Origin: Nitrososphaeraceae archaeon
GTDB lineage: Archaea; Thermoproteota; Nitrososphaeria; Nitrososphaerales; Nitrososphaeraceae
NCBI GenBank assembly: GCA_035250975.1
Contig: DATFEP010000014.1
Location: forward strand, 1-64,000
Direction: 5' to 3'
Length of the DNA: 64,000 bases
A program made the translations under genes and the position numbers. This document shows, piece after piece, positions 18,363 through 28,519 of the stretch (position 1 is the stretch's first letter; every line of letters begins with the position of its first letter). The notes under the pieces are model-generated. The model made no database searches. It was not told the origin of the DNA and worked only from the letters and a program-made list of their open reading frames with translations.

Positions 18363-19769
18363 ATGACAACAACATTTGATAAATTAGGTATAGGTGCACC
18401 TATTATTCAAGCACTAAAAGAAAACGGATTCGAATCACCGTTTCCTATCCAACAAGCAGCCATTCCATTTTTGTTAAAGGGAGTTGATGTAGTTGGTCAG
18501 GCACATACAGGAACAGGTAAAACCGCAGCTTTTTCATTGCCAATATTGAGCAAGATAAAGAACAAGGGTCCAATACAGGCACTGATACTTGTCCCTACAA
18601 GGGAATTAGCAATGCAAGTTACAACCGAGATCAACAAATTTGCAAAATATACTGGAATTAGAACTGTCTCTATTTATGGTGGACAGAGTATTAATCTACA
18701 GTTTGATCATTTAAGAAGAGGAGTTCAGATATTAGTTGCGACTCCTGGCAGATTGATAGATCATATAAAACGAGGTACAATAAATCTAGAAGAAGTAAAA
18801 TATGTCGTCCTAGATGAAGCAGATAGAATGCTTGATATGGGATTTATAAAAGATATTAAATTTATTCTCTTCTATGTTAATGAAGATAGGCAAACCTGTC
18901 TGTTCTCTGCCACTATGCCTCCCGAAATATTAAGACTTGCTGAAGACTATATGAAGGATTATGAAGAGATTCGACTTAACAAAGAAGAAATAAGTCTAGA
19001 GACCATAACTCAGTCATATTTAGTAGTAAGAGAAAATGAAAAATTCAAACATTTATGCAATTTCATCGAAGAAAGGACTAGTGATCAACAAACAATTATT
19101 TTTGTCTCTACAAAACAAAGAACACAGAAAATTTTAGATGATCTAAAAGACTCTGGAATTAAGGCAATTACTATTCACGGTGATTTATCTCAAAGACAGC
19201 GAGATGATGCAATCTATAGGTTTAGGAAAGGAAAAGAGGACGTTCTGGTCGCCACTGACATTGTATCAAGAGGGATAGATGTGCCTGCAGTTGGTCATAT
19301 AATAAACTATGATGTGCCAGAAGATCCAACGGTGTATTTCCATAGAATTGGAAGAACTGCAAGAGCAGGTGGAACTGGTACTGCTATATCTCTTGTCTCA
19401 TCAGATAGGGTAGATGATTTTGGGCGTATACTTAGAAAGACTGAATTGCCAATTAGAAGACTCAACGAAGAGATGGGCCTAGAAGTTCCAGTAAGTCAAC
19501 AACGTTCATTCCGTGGATATAATAACAGCTACAGATCTGGTTATGGAAACAGTAGAGGAAATAGGAGATTCGGCAATTCCACTAGATATGGTTATAATAA
19601 TAGTAGATATAGCCAAACGGAAGGTCGATATTCACCTGACCATAATTTTAAGAGATATGGATATAATGAAGATCATGATAGATCTCATGATAAACATGGT
19701 ATTCATAATGACGATAAACAGGAAAAACATGGTAACGGCGGAAGACGCGGCTACTACTCTTCCCGTTAA
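18363..19769 (+). CDS. DEAD-box RNA helicase (DeaD/CshA-like)
   Basis: Q motif, AHTGTGKT, PTRELA, DEAD, SAT, HRIGRTAR; low-complexity C-terminal tail. Confidence 0.95.
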   Translation: MTTTFDKLGIGAPIIQALKENGFESPFPIQQAAIPFLLKGVDVVGQAHTGTGKTAAFSLPILSKIKNKGPIQALILVPTRELAMQVTTEINKFAKYTGIRTVSIYGGQSINLQFDHLRRGVQILVATPGRLIDHIKRGTINLEEVKYVVLDEADRMLDMGFIKDIKFILFYVNEDRQTCLFSATMPPEILRLAEDYMKDYEEIRLNKEEISLETITQSYLVVRENEKFKHLCNFIEERTSDQQTIIFVSTKQRTQKILDDLKDSGIKAITIHGDLSQRQRDDAIYRFRKGKEDVLVATDIVSRGIDVPAVGHIINYDVPEDPTVYFHRIGRTARAGGTGTAISLVSSDRVDDFGRILRKTELPIRRLNEEMGLEVPVSQQRSFRGYNNSYRSGYGNSRGNRRFGNSTRYGYNNSRYSQTEGRYSPDHNFKRYGYNEDHDRSHDKHGIHNDDKQEKHGNGGRRGYYSSR

Positions 19770-20325
19770 ATTCTATGTGATGAACTAGTATCCCTCTAAT
19801 TTTTTATTGAAAATTAAAGAAAGCTATCATAAAATTCTTCTTTCATCTCAAATTCTTCCTGCTAATATAGTTTTTTTTAAGATAATTTGTCTAGTATTCT
19901 GATTATGAAATATTTTAATTCAATATCAATAGAGTTCATTATAAAAGTTTCAATTCATTCCAATATGGGAGTTAGTTGACCTTGATTGTGAAAGTAATTC
20001 AAATTAACATCCATAGAGATTAAAAATTAAAAATACTAAATCCATATTCTAAAAATATTCAGTATAGTCATCCATTGGAGAAAACTTCCAAAATCCTTTA
20101 TGCTCAGGTCCAAAAAGACAGGAACCGAACAAACTAGATATCAAATGAAAAAGCCTAATCACGCAGTATAGTATGTTTATACTTGTGTCTGTATACTGTT
20201 AATATCAGATAAAAATGCAAATTAAATAATAAATTTAACCTTTCTGCTGATTAATATATTTTTCAAATCTAATATTAATATGGAAAAATTATTTGGACGA
20301 TCAAAAAAGAATCTGTCCATGTAAT

Positions 20326-20598
20326 TTATAACAAATTAAGCAATCTCAAATAGTTATCTGCTGCGACTCTGTGATAAATTGCTCCGATGGTATTTCCAGA
20401 ATTAATATCCCTTTCCATGTCGTCTAATTCTTTATCAAGTTGTTGTTGATAATATTGTCTATTGTTTTCTTGTATCTCTTTCATATATTCATCAGATTTT
20501 TTTACAAATTCATTCCAATCTTTTGAAATCTTACCCGTTAATTCATTTTCTAACTTTCGTTTTCTTTCTAACCTATTATTTAACCCCTTGTCAGTCAT
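20326..20598 (-). CDS. Small coiled-coil hypothetical protein
   Basis: ATG-started 90-aa helical ORF co-oriented downstream of the hydrolase. Confidence 0.6.
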   Translation of the reverse strand: MTDKGLNNRLERKRKLENELTGKISKDWNEFVKKSDEYMKEIQENNRQYYQQQLDKELDDMERDINSGNTIGAIYHRVAADNYLRLLNLL

Positions 20599-20665
20599 GT
20601 AGTAATATTTTTATTTCTTTGTGATAAAGTTATCTATTTTTATGAAATTATTATTATATTTTAGT

Positions 20666-21490
20666 CTATTTCAAATCTCTGCCATTTAGAAATCTTGATA
20701 CGGTTCTATTAAATTCCTCTACTTTCTCTACATGAGGATAATGACCACACTGATCAAATATTACAAGTCTCGAATTCGGAATTTTAAATTTTTTTGCATA
20801 TCTTAAAGGCATTAGTTTATCATTTCTACCCCAAATTATCAATGTAGGTGTATTAATATTTAGTCTATCAGTGAGCTGGGGATTATTTTTAAGTGATATT
20901 AAAGTAGACATGAAAGCAAACTTTGAATTACTCAAATTCATCCTCTTAATAAAATCTTCGATTGAATTTTCTGTAATCATACGCGGATCATACATCATTT
21001 CATAATATGCCGTTGCCACATTATAGAACGTGGGATAGAGTGCCGCCGAAATATATTGGTTCAAGGCTGGTGTTATATGATTCATCATTCCAGCTGGCGA
21101 TATTAAAACCAGTTTGTTTATATCTTTGGGAAATCTAATAGTATATTCTAAGGCTAAAAGTCCCCCAAACGAGGAACCAATAATATGTAAATTATTAATA
21201 TTCATAATTTGAAGAAATCTCTGAATAAATTTTATAAAAAAATCTATATTGTATTCTGCATGAGGTTTATCACTGTACCCAAAACCAATTATATCCGGTA
21301 CTAATAGGCGGTAGTATTTAGATAAAAATGGTATTATTTCTGACCAGCGGTCTAATGATCCTCCCAGGCCATGGAGGAGAAGCAGTGTTGACATTTTTGG
21401 ATTGCTATTAATTTTACCAGTGTCTATATATCTAATTGAATAATCATCAACTTTCATTGTCGCAATATCGCGGTCAGTCAAACTATACAA
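20666..21490 (-). CDS. Alpha/beta-fold hydrolase
   Basis: HGLGG oxyanion loop, GSSFGG nucleophile elbow, GRND and GHYPH triad residues. Confidence 0.9.
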   Translation of the reverse strand: MYSLTDRDIATMKVDDYSIRYIDTGKINSNPKMSTLLLLHGLGGSLDRWSEIIPFLSKYYRLLVPDIIGFGYSDKPHAEYNIDFFIKFIQRFLQIMNINNLHIIGSSFGGLLALEYTIRFPKDINKLVLISPAGMMNHITPALNQYISAALYPTFYNVATAYYEMMYDPRMITENSIEDFIKRMNLSNSKFAFMSTLISLKNNPQLTDRLNINTPTLIIWGRNDKLMPLRYAKKFKIPNSRLVIFDQCGHYPHVEKVEEFNRTVSRFLNGRDLK

Positions 21491-21781
21491 CTGATATCAG
21501 AACATCCAATATTTTATCCATTTGAATAAAATATTAGCAAATATCGAAATTTTTCTACATCTTCATTAATTTTCGCAAATTGTTGTCTTGGTTTTTCAAA
21601 TATATGATATAATCTTATAATAACCGACCGATTAAGTTATTAAAATGTCTATAACATGTTATATTTTTAAACTCATTAACAAAAAAATTGGTAGGTAAAA
21701 ATAAACATTTAGCTTGATTTTTTCTTATCGATTTACTAAACCTATATATATTTTGTTATTAGTTAATAATATTGAACTAAT

Positions 21782-22270
21782 ATGACTAATTCAAGTGAAA
21801 AAGATGAAAATCGCAAAGCGGGAAATGAACCAGGTCAGTCTACAGCAAATCAGAGATCTGAACTATATGAATCGATAAGAGATAATACAATGAAGATCAT
21901 GAATGAATTTGCTAAAACTCAACCTGCATACATACAATCAATCTCCAACCTTCAAATGGAGTGCATAGAATCTACTAAAGGAGTAGTAAATACTTATACT
22001 GCCATTCAAAAACAATTATCAGATTGTTACAATATAAATCCTGCACCTGTGGTTACAAAACAATTCGTAAAACAGGGCAATGAATTTACGAATAACGTTA
22101 TAGAATTTAATAATATTAACAACAGGTTATTTGCAAGTTTATTGAATATTACAAGCGATAGCATCAAAAACTACACCAAGACATTAGATACATTTGTAAA
22201 GTTCAATACGAATATCTTTGAACAATGGCTTTCAGTCTTTAAAAATTCGCAAGGATTTAATAGACCATAA
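21782..22270 (+). CDS. Helical Asn/Gln-rich protein, candidate phasin (PhaP-like)
   Basis: 162 aa, long amphipathic helices, no catalytic motif, upstream of phaEC. Confidence 0.5.
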   Translation: MTNSSEKDENRKAGNEPGQSTANQRSELYESIRDNTMKIMNEFAKTQPAYIQSISNLQMECIESTKGVVNTYTAIQKQLSDCYNINPAPVVTKQFVKQGNEFTNNVIEFNNINNRLFASLLNITSDSIKNYTKTLDTFVKFNTNIFEQWLSVFKNSQGFNRP

Positions 22271-22437
22271 TCTTTTTTTTGAAAAGCTTTATAAAAAATA
22301 ACTCTAGAAATTTTTTAAAAACATTATTAGAGTTTTGATTTGATCTTTTATTATATTACACTTTCTTAAATTCCTCGTATGTTTGTAATAACACAGTAAG
22401 ACTTTTTTATTTGGTTAAAGATTGTTGAATAATAATA

Positions 22438-22830
22438 ATGGTACCTTATGAATTCATTTATTCATTTACAAAGACTATGATGGGGATAGATAATTCTATC
22501 AGATGGGTTTGCGTGACAGATAAACAAGGCACATTGATTAATGAGAGATATCGTGAAGGAATAAAGCTCCTAATGACTGAGGAAGAAAATGAAGAATATG
22601 CTTCCAATGCGATTTCAAGACAACGTACAAGGATGAAATTCGAACCAAAAATAGGAAAATTAATTTATGCTTTAGGAAAATACGAAAATGTCATTCGAGC
22701 TACGATTCCAATAAATGAAGACTACTATTTGTTATTAACAATTGATAGGGAAGCAAGGGATATTGATAGGATATTCATGACAAAGGTTATTCCAATGATA
22801 TCTGAGCTAAGGAATAAATTTACTCCATGA
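22438..22830 (+). CDS. Roadblock/profilin-like small protein (DUF6659-like)
   Basis: IRW..V.D..G.L.....R.G...L...E...; G.L.Y....YE.V.R.TIP....LLLTID pattern. Confidence 0.65.
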   Translation: MVPYEFIYSFTKTMMGIDNSIRWVCVTDKQGTLINERYREGIKLLMTEEENEEYASNAISRQRTRMKFEPKIGKLIYALGKYENVIRATIPINEDYYLLLTIDREARDIDRIFMTKVIPMISELRNKFTP

Positions 22831-23023
22831 TGCAATTGATAACATCATATTTTCATATTTAGTAGATATTGCAATTGAGACAAAGATGTAAAATTTATCT
22901 TGTCAAAAATAGGGCTATGGCGAATATGAAAATTCAGGGTTATGGATTTTCACATATATAACATTCATTTTCTGCGATTTAAATACTAATAAATAAATAA
23001 TCTTCTTCTCCATATTAGAATTA

Positions 23024-23152
23024 ATGAATTATGATTATGATGGAGGAACATTACGCTGCAAGATATGTGCAATGGAATTCTTTACAAAGAAGGAGGCTGA
23101 GGAACATTATAAAAAGTCTCATGCTGATAAAGTAACTGCTGTGGGGGAGTAA
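23024..23152 (+). CDS. 42-aa C2H2 zinc-finger microprotein (not in ORF track)
   Basis: MNYDYDGGTLRCKICAMEFFTKKEAEEHYKKSHADKVTAVGE*: C-x2-C-x3-F-x8-H-x4-H; AT-rich promoter-like sequence upstream. Confidence 0.75.
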   Translation: MNYDYDGGTLRCKICAMEFFTKKEAEEHYKKSHADKVTAVGE

Positions 23153-23336
23153 GAGAAAAAATCATAATTTATCATTCTAATAAAATACATTTTGTCTGTT
23201 CCCTATAATAATAGGCTAACTTTATTCCGTAAACTAGATAAAAAAATATAAATTAACAATAAAAAAACATCATAAAGACTAAATTTAAATAATAAAAGAT
23301 ATATAATTTTTTGTATAAACGTAATCAACTGGTAAT

Positions 23337-23915
23337 ATGCAAATGGCTTCTGATCAAGAATTTAATAAAAAGTATGAGGAATTGATAAATAGTTACAATA
23401 GTATTTGGAAAGATTTTTTAAAATTACCTGTAACTGTTCAAAGTAATCAATTTATTCGAACATTTGAAGAAGATAAAAAAAAGTTTCAGGATTTATTCTC
23501 ACTTTGTTCAAAATTTCAATCCAATGTTCTTAATTATTGGATGCAAGTAAATCAAACATATGTGAAATCTATCGCCGAATTGCAATCTAAAATACCTGAA
23601 TTACCTGATATTCAGTCAGAAGAAGAGGTTAAAAAGTATAAAAATTTGACAATAGACGTGTTTGAGAAATATTTTACACAACTATTTCAATCTAAGGAAT
23701 TTTCTGTTACTACATCCGAGCTGCTTTCTAATTATTCTTCCTTCACACATGTATTGGGAAATGCATTTGATAATTATTTTAAATTATTAAATTTGCCTAA
23801 CAGGGATGAGATAGACATGATCTTAAAGGATATGCAGGAATTAAAAAGAGAGGTATACAAATTGCGTAAAAATTTAGATTTAATAATGAGTGAAGAGAAA
23901 CTTGTCATTAAATAA
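23337..23915 (+). CDS. phaE: Class III PHA synthase subunit PhaE
   Basis: C-terminal LNLPNRDEID.I.K...ELKREV..L motif; overlaps phaC. Confidence 0.85.
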   Translation: MQMASDQEFNKKYEELINSYNSIWKDFLKLPVTVQSNQFIRTFEEDKKKFQDLFSLCSKFQSNVLNYWMQVNQTYVKSIAELQSKIPELPDIQSEEEVKKYKNLTIDVFEKYFTQLFQSKEFSVTTSELLSNYSSFTHVLGNAFDNYFKLLNLPNRDEIDMILKDMQELKREVYKLRKNLDLIMSEEKLVIK

Positions 23916-25056
23916 AGTTACCACTTCTAAGGAACCTGAAATTAAGGTTAAGGAATTATCATCTCCTAATCAAAAGATTGACGATACTTCTTCACGGGTG
24001 CCCGACACTTTAGATGATGGTGAATCAAAGAATGATGTGGTAACAAAAATAAAAAAGATAATAGAAGCGTATCAAAAATCCATGTCCCTAGAAGTTGGTT
24101 CAACTCCTCATGATGTCGTGAAAGAGACTAGATTATATAGATTGTTACATTATAAAACTACATTTCATGTACCTGTAAGACCTCCCGTGCTAATTGTCTA
24201 TGCCCTGATAAACAGATCTTATATACTTGACTTGCAACAGGACAAAAGTTGGGTAGGAAATCTGGTAAAACAGGGATTCGATGTATATCTTATAGATTGG
24301 AAGGCTCCTTCTTTAAATGACAAATATGTTTCATTCGATGACTATGTGAATGTTTTTATTGACGATTGTATAGACTTTATTCGAAATAAGGACTCCGCGG
24401 AAAAAATAACGCTACATGGATATTGTATGGGTGCAACGATGTCTGCCATGTATTGTTCTTTACATCAACACAAAATCAAGAATCTTGTAACCCTTGCTCC
24501 AGTTATAGATACTAGCAAAGACAATACTGTGATCAGTAATTTTGCGAAACATTTGGACATCGAAAATATAATAGATTCGATGGGTAATATGCCACCGGAA
24601 TTACTTCAAACATGTTTTTCTGCGTTAAAACCATTTAAACAGGGCGTAAACAAGTATTTTTCGCTTTATGAACATATTAACGACAAAAGATTTATTGAAA
24701 ACTTCCTCAGAATTGAGAGATGGTTATCTGATATACCTCCAATAGCTGGAGAAGCTTTTAAACAATGGATTAAAGATATATATCAAGAAAATCTGCTAGT
24801 AAAAAATGAAATGAAATTGGGTAGCGACCTCGTAAATTTATCCAGAATCAATGTTCCTTTTCTTAATATAGTTGCAAATGAGGACCATCTAGTATCTCCT
24901 GAGGGCAGTGCAGAATTAAATAATCTCATATCTAGTAAGGATAACAGGATAATGAGGTTTCCTACTGGTCACGTTGGTTTAATTGCAAGTAGTTATTCAC
25001 AAATGAATGTATTGCCAAAAGCAGGAAGATGGTTTTTCTTGCGTTCTGATGTGTAG
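23890..25056 (+). CDS. phaC: Class III PHA synthase catalytic subunit PhaC (start may be TTG 23902)
   Basis: PVLIVYALINRSYILDLQ, VYLIDW, GYCMG (catalytic Cys), EDHLV (Asp), TGHVG (His). Confidence 0.95.
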   Translation: MKRNLSLNKVTTSKEPEIKVKELSSPNQKIDDTSSRVPDTLDDGESKNDVVTKIKKIIEAYQKSMSLEVGSTPHDVVKETRLYRLLHYKTTFHVPVRPPVLIVYALINRSYILDLQQDKSWVGNLVKQGFDVYLIDWKAPSLNDKYVSFDDYVNVFIDDCIDFIRNKDSAEKITLHGYCMGATMSAMYCSLHQHKIKNLVTLAPVIDTSKDNTVISNFAKHLDIENIIDSMGNMPPELLQTCFSALKPFKQGVNKYFSLYEHINDKRFIENFLRIERWLSDIPPIAGEAFKQWIKDIYQENLLVKNEMKLGSDLVNLSRINVPFLNIVANEDHLVSPEGSAELNNLISSKDNRIMRFPTGHVGLIASSYSQMNVLPKAGRWFFLRSDV

Positions 25057-25159
25057 TAGTAGATTCTATATTTGGAATAATTCAGAATAAGGCATTATGA
25101 TTGGTTCATTAAAACAATAAATATGACTTATATGAAATAATTGTTATTGCTAAAATAGG

Positions 25160-25501
25160 TTGCATTTATATAAAAAATTAACATTAATAAATACAATACT
25201 CGGGTTATTCATTTCTATCCTCATACTAGTTACATATATTTTTATAAATTCTTTCATCGGTATTCCGATACTAGGACTATTTTTAGGAGGCACTATAGTG
25301 CAGGTTGTTATCTTAATTGCAATAAATTTTTCTGCTCTTTTCGTAATTCTATATTTTAGGAATACCAGAATGATTGGCGTAGTTTTGATAATATGTGGAG
25401 TAATTGTATTTGGGACAATAACTTTTTTAGGAATACCCAGTGTTGTGTTATTTGTTATTTCTGGCATTTTGGCATTAAGGCAAAAGAGATTACATACATA
25501 A
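25160..25501 (+). CDS. Small integral membrane protein
   Basis: About 4 hydrophobic segments, basic C-terminus. Confidence 0.65.
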   Translation: MHLYKKLTLINTILGLFISILILVTYIFINSFIGIPILGLFLGGTIVQVVILIAINFSALFVILYFRNTRMIGVVLIICGVIVFGTITFLGIPSVVLFVISGILALRQKRLHT

Positions 25502-25711
25502 TAAATTATCAAAACCTTGATCACCTCTAAAAATGGGAAAGGAAAAATTTTTTTTTATTTAGAGAGGATAGATATAAAATAAAATAAGATTATATTTTAT
25601 TATGAAATACAAAAAATAATGTTTAGAATTAAGATTATTGAGATGGAAAGAAATAAAAATAAATAAAGAAATAAGAAATGAAAACAAGAATAAAAATAAA
25701 TCTATATAGTT

Positions 25712-26365
25712 TTAAGCAATTATATCTTGTGAGATTTGAGGAGAATTAGACACAGAACTATTGTCTACAATTGAACACGGTCCTACCTTTTTGTCACCTT
25801 GATCGGATTTATAGTCAAATATAGTATCAAACTGATCACATGTAAAAGTGTCTGAACCTAATCCTCCAATTAGTATATCAACGCCCTCGCCTCCATCAAT
25901 TTGATCGTTTCCCTCGCCTCCATCAATTTGATCATCGCCTCGTCCACCGTATAACGTATCATCTCCATCGTTGCCAGTTATTACATCCATACCCCTCTCA
26001 CCACTCAATTTATCATTCCCCTCTCCTCCCTCAATCTCATCATTACCTTGTTCTCCCTTGACAACGTCATCTCCTTCATCTCCATCCAATTCGTCATCAC
26101 CTCGTCCACCGTATAACATGTCTTCTCCCAATCTTCCATTTATCTCGTCATTTCCTTCACCTCCCTTGATTTTATCATCGCTACTAGTTCCTTCAATTGA
26201 AACATCTATCTCGGGTTTCTCTTGACTAAATGGGATGTTATTTTGCTTTTCTCCTGATTGAAAGTTGTCAACCTGACCGCTTGCAAATTTAATTATTATA
26301 GATTGAATAGGAAATGCAAATGAAAGTAATATCACTATAATTAAAGTATATTTGGTTTTAGCCAA
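25712..26365 (-). CDS. Secreted RTX/hemolysin-type calcium-binding repeat protein
   Basis: Signal peptide and about 13 GGxGxDx(L/I)x nonapeptides; a 27-nt-period DNA duplication at 25884-25933. Confidence 0.9.
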   Translation of the reverse strand: MAKTKYTLIIVILLSFAFPIQSIIIKFASGQVDNFQSGEKQNNIPFSQEKPEIDVSIEGTSSDDKIKGGEGNDEINGRLGEDMLYGGRGDDELDGDEGDDVVKGEQGNDEIEGGEGNDKLSGERGMDVITGNDGDDTLYGGRGDDQIDGGEGNDQIDGGEGVDILIGGLGSDTFTCDQFDTIFDYKSDQGDKKVGPCSIVDNSSVSNSPQISQDIIA

Positions 26366-26505
26366 TTCTCTGTTACAAATTTTCCTAAGTAAATGAATTT
26401 AAAAAGACATGTTCTCTAAAATACACTATCTTATCAGAAATTATTGAATTATGCCTGTATTTTGTTAGTTCTAAAATTCGTAACTTTCAGATTTTATTTT
26501 TTTAT

Positions 26506-26615
26506 TGGGAGCGGGACTCGAACCTTTATTCATAAAAATGTTCTTTCTACATCGTAATATTAAAGCATTCAACACGAGTTAAATGGAATGCTAAAATTTA
26601 ACGAGGTTGCTCCCA
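26506..26615 (-). ncRNA. Candidate structured RNA with tRNA-like ends
   Basis: TGGGAGC/GCTCCCA terminal stem, AACCT/AGGTT stem, AGCATTC/GAATGCT stem, GGTTCGAGTCC T-loop motif on the minus strand; TTTATAAA about 25 nt upstream on that strand. Confidence 0.35.
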
Positions 26616-26939
26616 TTTATAATATTACTAAAATATGAATTTATAAATAATAGGCAACTACTTGAAGGTTTTCATAAACATTATCCAGTCAAATATAAAA
26701 TTGCATCAAGATTTTAATTAGATTATTTTTCATTATATATAGAAATATAGATCTACTAGGGATTTGTAGATCTAAAAGAATCACATACTTTTGTAGTTTT
26801 ACAGAAAAATTATTGATTCTGTAAAAAATCTAAGTATATATTAGTTCAGAACAATAGAATATATAATTAACTGTGAACTATTTATAGTAATATGATTACT
26901 TATAATAATATCATTATTATTAAATAAATACTTGGTAAA

Positions 26940-27173
26940 TTGTTTACATTGTACAAAAATTTAGTTTTAAGAACTGAGGATATCAAATTTGTTTTAATTG
27001 TCTCTTTTGTGTTGTGCTTATTAATTTTATCCTATATCATAACGTCTATTTCACAACAAGAAAAAAATGATCAAATAACTAAATTTATTCAAACTATTTC
27101 AGATTCTATAATTTTTATCTTTTCGCCAGTAAAAATACTAGATGAGATAGATTACGCTCCATTTGACTCTTAA
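26940..27173 (+). CDS. Small membrane hypothetical protein
   Basis: One TM helix; TTG start downstream of a TATA-like sequence. Confidence 0.4.
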   Translation: MFTLYKNLVLRTEDIKFVLIVSFVLCLLILSYIITSISQQEKNDQITKFIQTISDSIIFIFSPVKILDEIDYAPFDS

Positions 27174-28255
27174 GATGTCTCAGTCTACGTTACAAATCAC
27201 TTAAGGAAATAATAATTATGATCTATTGTGAAAAAGTTAAATGAAATTGCTCTTATTGAAAAATATTTCAGTCAAGTTTAAAGCTTTATAATCCATACTA
27301 GACCTGGGTTTAGTTATCTCTCTTCCTGATAGTTGGTGTACAAGCGTTCTTCGAGAGTTTAGATGGAATAGGAGGAATAATTTGACCATTCAACTTCGGC
27401 TGAGTTATAACATAAAGAAGGATGGTCATTACCTGCTATCATGGTACTTTTGCAAGAAATGTGAAAGAATATTCAAAGACAAAACAGGTAACGTACTGTT
27501 ATTCAAATATATCACTTAATGTATGTCTGGGCAAAATATCATCTTTGTACTCTTGTTGGATCTTCAATAAGGTGCATCATTGGAGTCTCTTGTACCTTAT
27601 TCAAGATGATCCAGATTTATCAAAATAGTTATTGCAAAAATATCATCATCGTCATTACTTCCTTCTCCCTCTACTGAACCTGATAGTGATATTGAAGTAG
27701 GTGAACTCCAAATCAAAACAGGATTTAAACGTAGATAATACCATGATTATACACAAAAGTGAGAGGAAACCAAGATTACTGCGATTCAAACCATAGAAAG
27801 GTAGAACGATCCCATTATTTTAGTTAGATTATCAAAAAAATTTATTGATGTATAGCAAGTAAATTAGTTAATTCTTGCTATAATGATAAGTTGGATGTTA
27901 ACTGGACAGAGAATTTTCTCACTAAAAAATATACTTAAAAAGAAATATTTCTAAATGTATCAGAGAATTATTCAATCAACAAAAAATAAATAAAAAATAT
28001 CCAATTTTTCAAAATTTTTTAATTTCAGTGTTATCTGAATATCTAGTTTTTGAAACTAGTATTGAAATTTTTTTTTTAAATAACAACATTTCGTAAGGAT
28101 GAGGTTAGAGGTTCTCGAACAGAACCTTGGAACGTTATTGATCAAACGTAGTTCCATATTTTAGTAAAACCATTAATTTAATAACTTTACCTGGATATTT
28201 TAAGACTCTTTTCAGTAAACACAGATATAAGTAAATATCATATTATAGAAACACA

Positions 28256-28519
28256 ATGTCCGATAATATTGAGAAAAGGACAGATTTACTTACACCACAA
28301 TTACTGAAAACTCCATTGGGTCAAAAAGTTACATATGAATTCCTAAAATCCTTATCTCGAGGATATCCACTTGACGGTGCATTGGAGAAGGCAAAGGCAA
28401 TTGCACAGGAAGACGGTTCCTTATTACCATTTCAAATCTCCTTTATTCTAGACTTATTAAATATTTTGGGTCCTACAGTTATCAAATTTTTTAGTGATTT
28501 TAAAAATAAAAGAAACTGA
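28256..28519 (+). CDS. Hypothetical protein
   Basis: ATG about 25-30 nt after GATATAAG; protein-like composition. Confidence 0.65.
   Translation: MSDNIEKRTDLLTPQLLKTPLGQKVTYEFLKSLSRGYPLDGALEKAKAIAQEDGSLLPFQISFILDLLNILGPTVIKFFSDFKNKRN

Noticed and set aside
19513-19788. Alternative-frame 91-aa ORF overlapping the DEAD-box helicase tail
   Set aside because: By-product of the low-complexity tail codons; no independent start signals
25150-26225. ORFs 25150-25524 (-) and 25971-26225 (+)
   Set aside because: Antisense mirrors of the membrane protein and of the RTX repeats (Ser/Pro-rich artefact)
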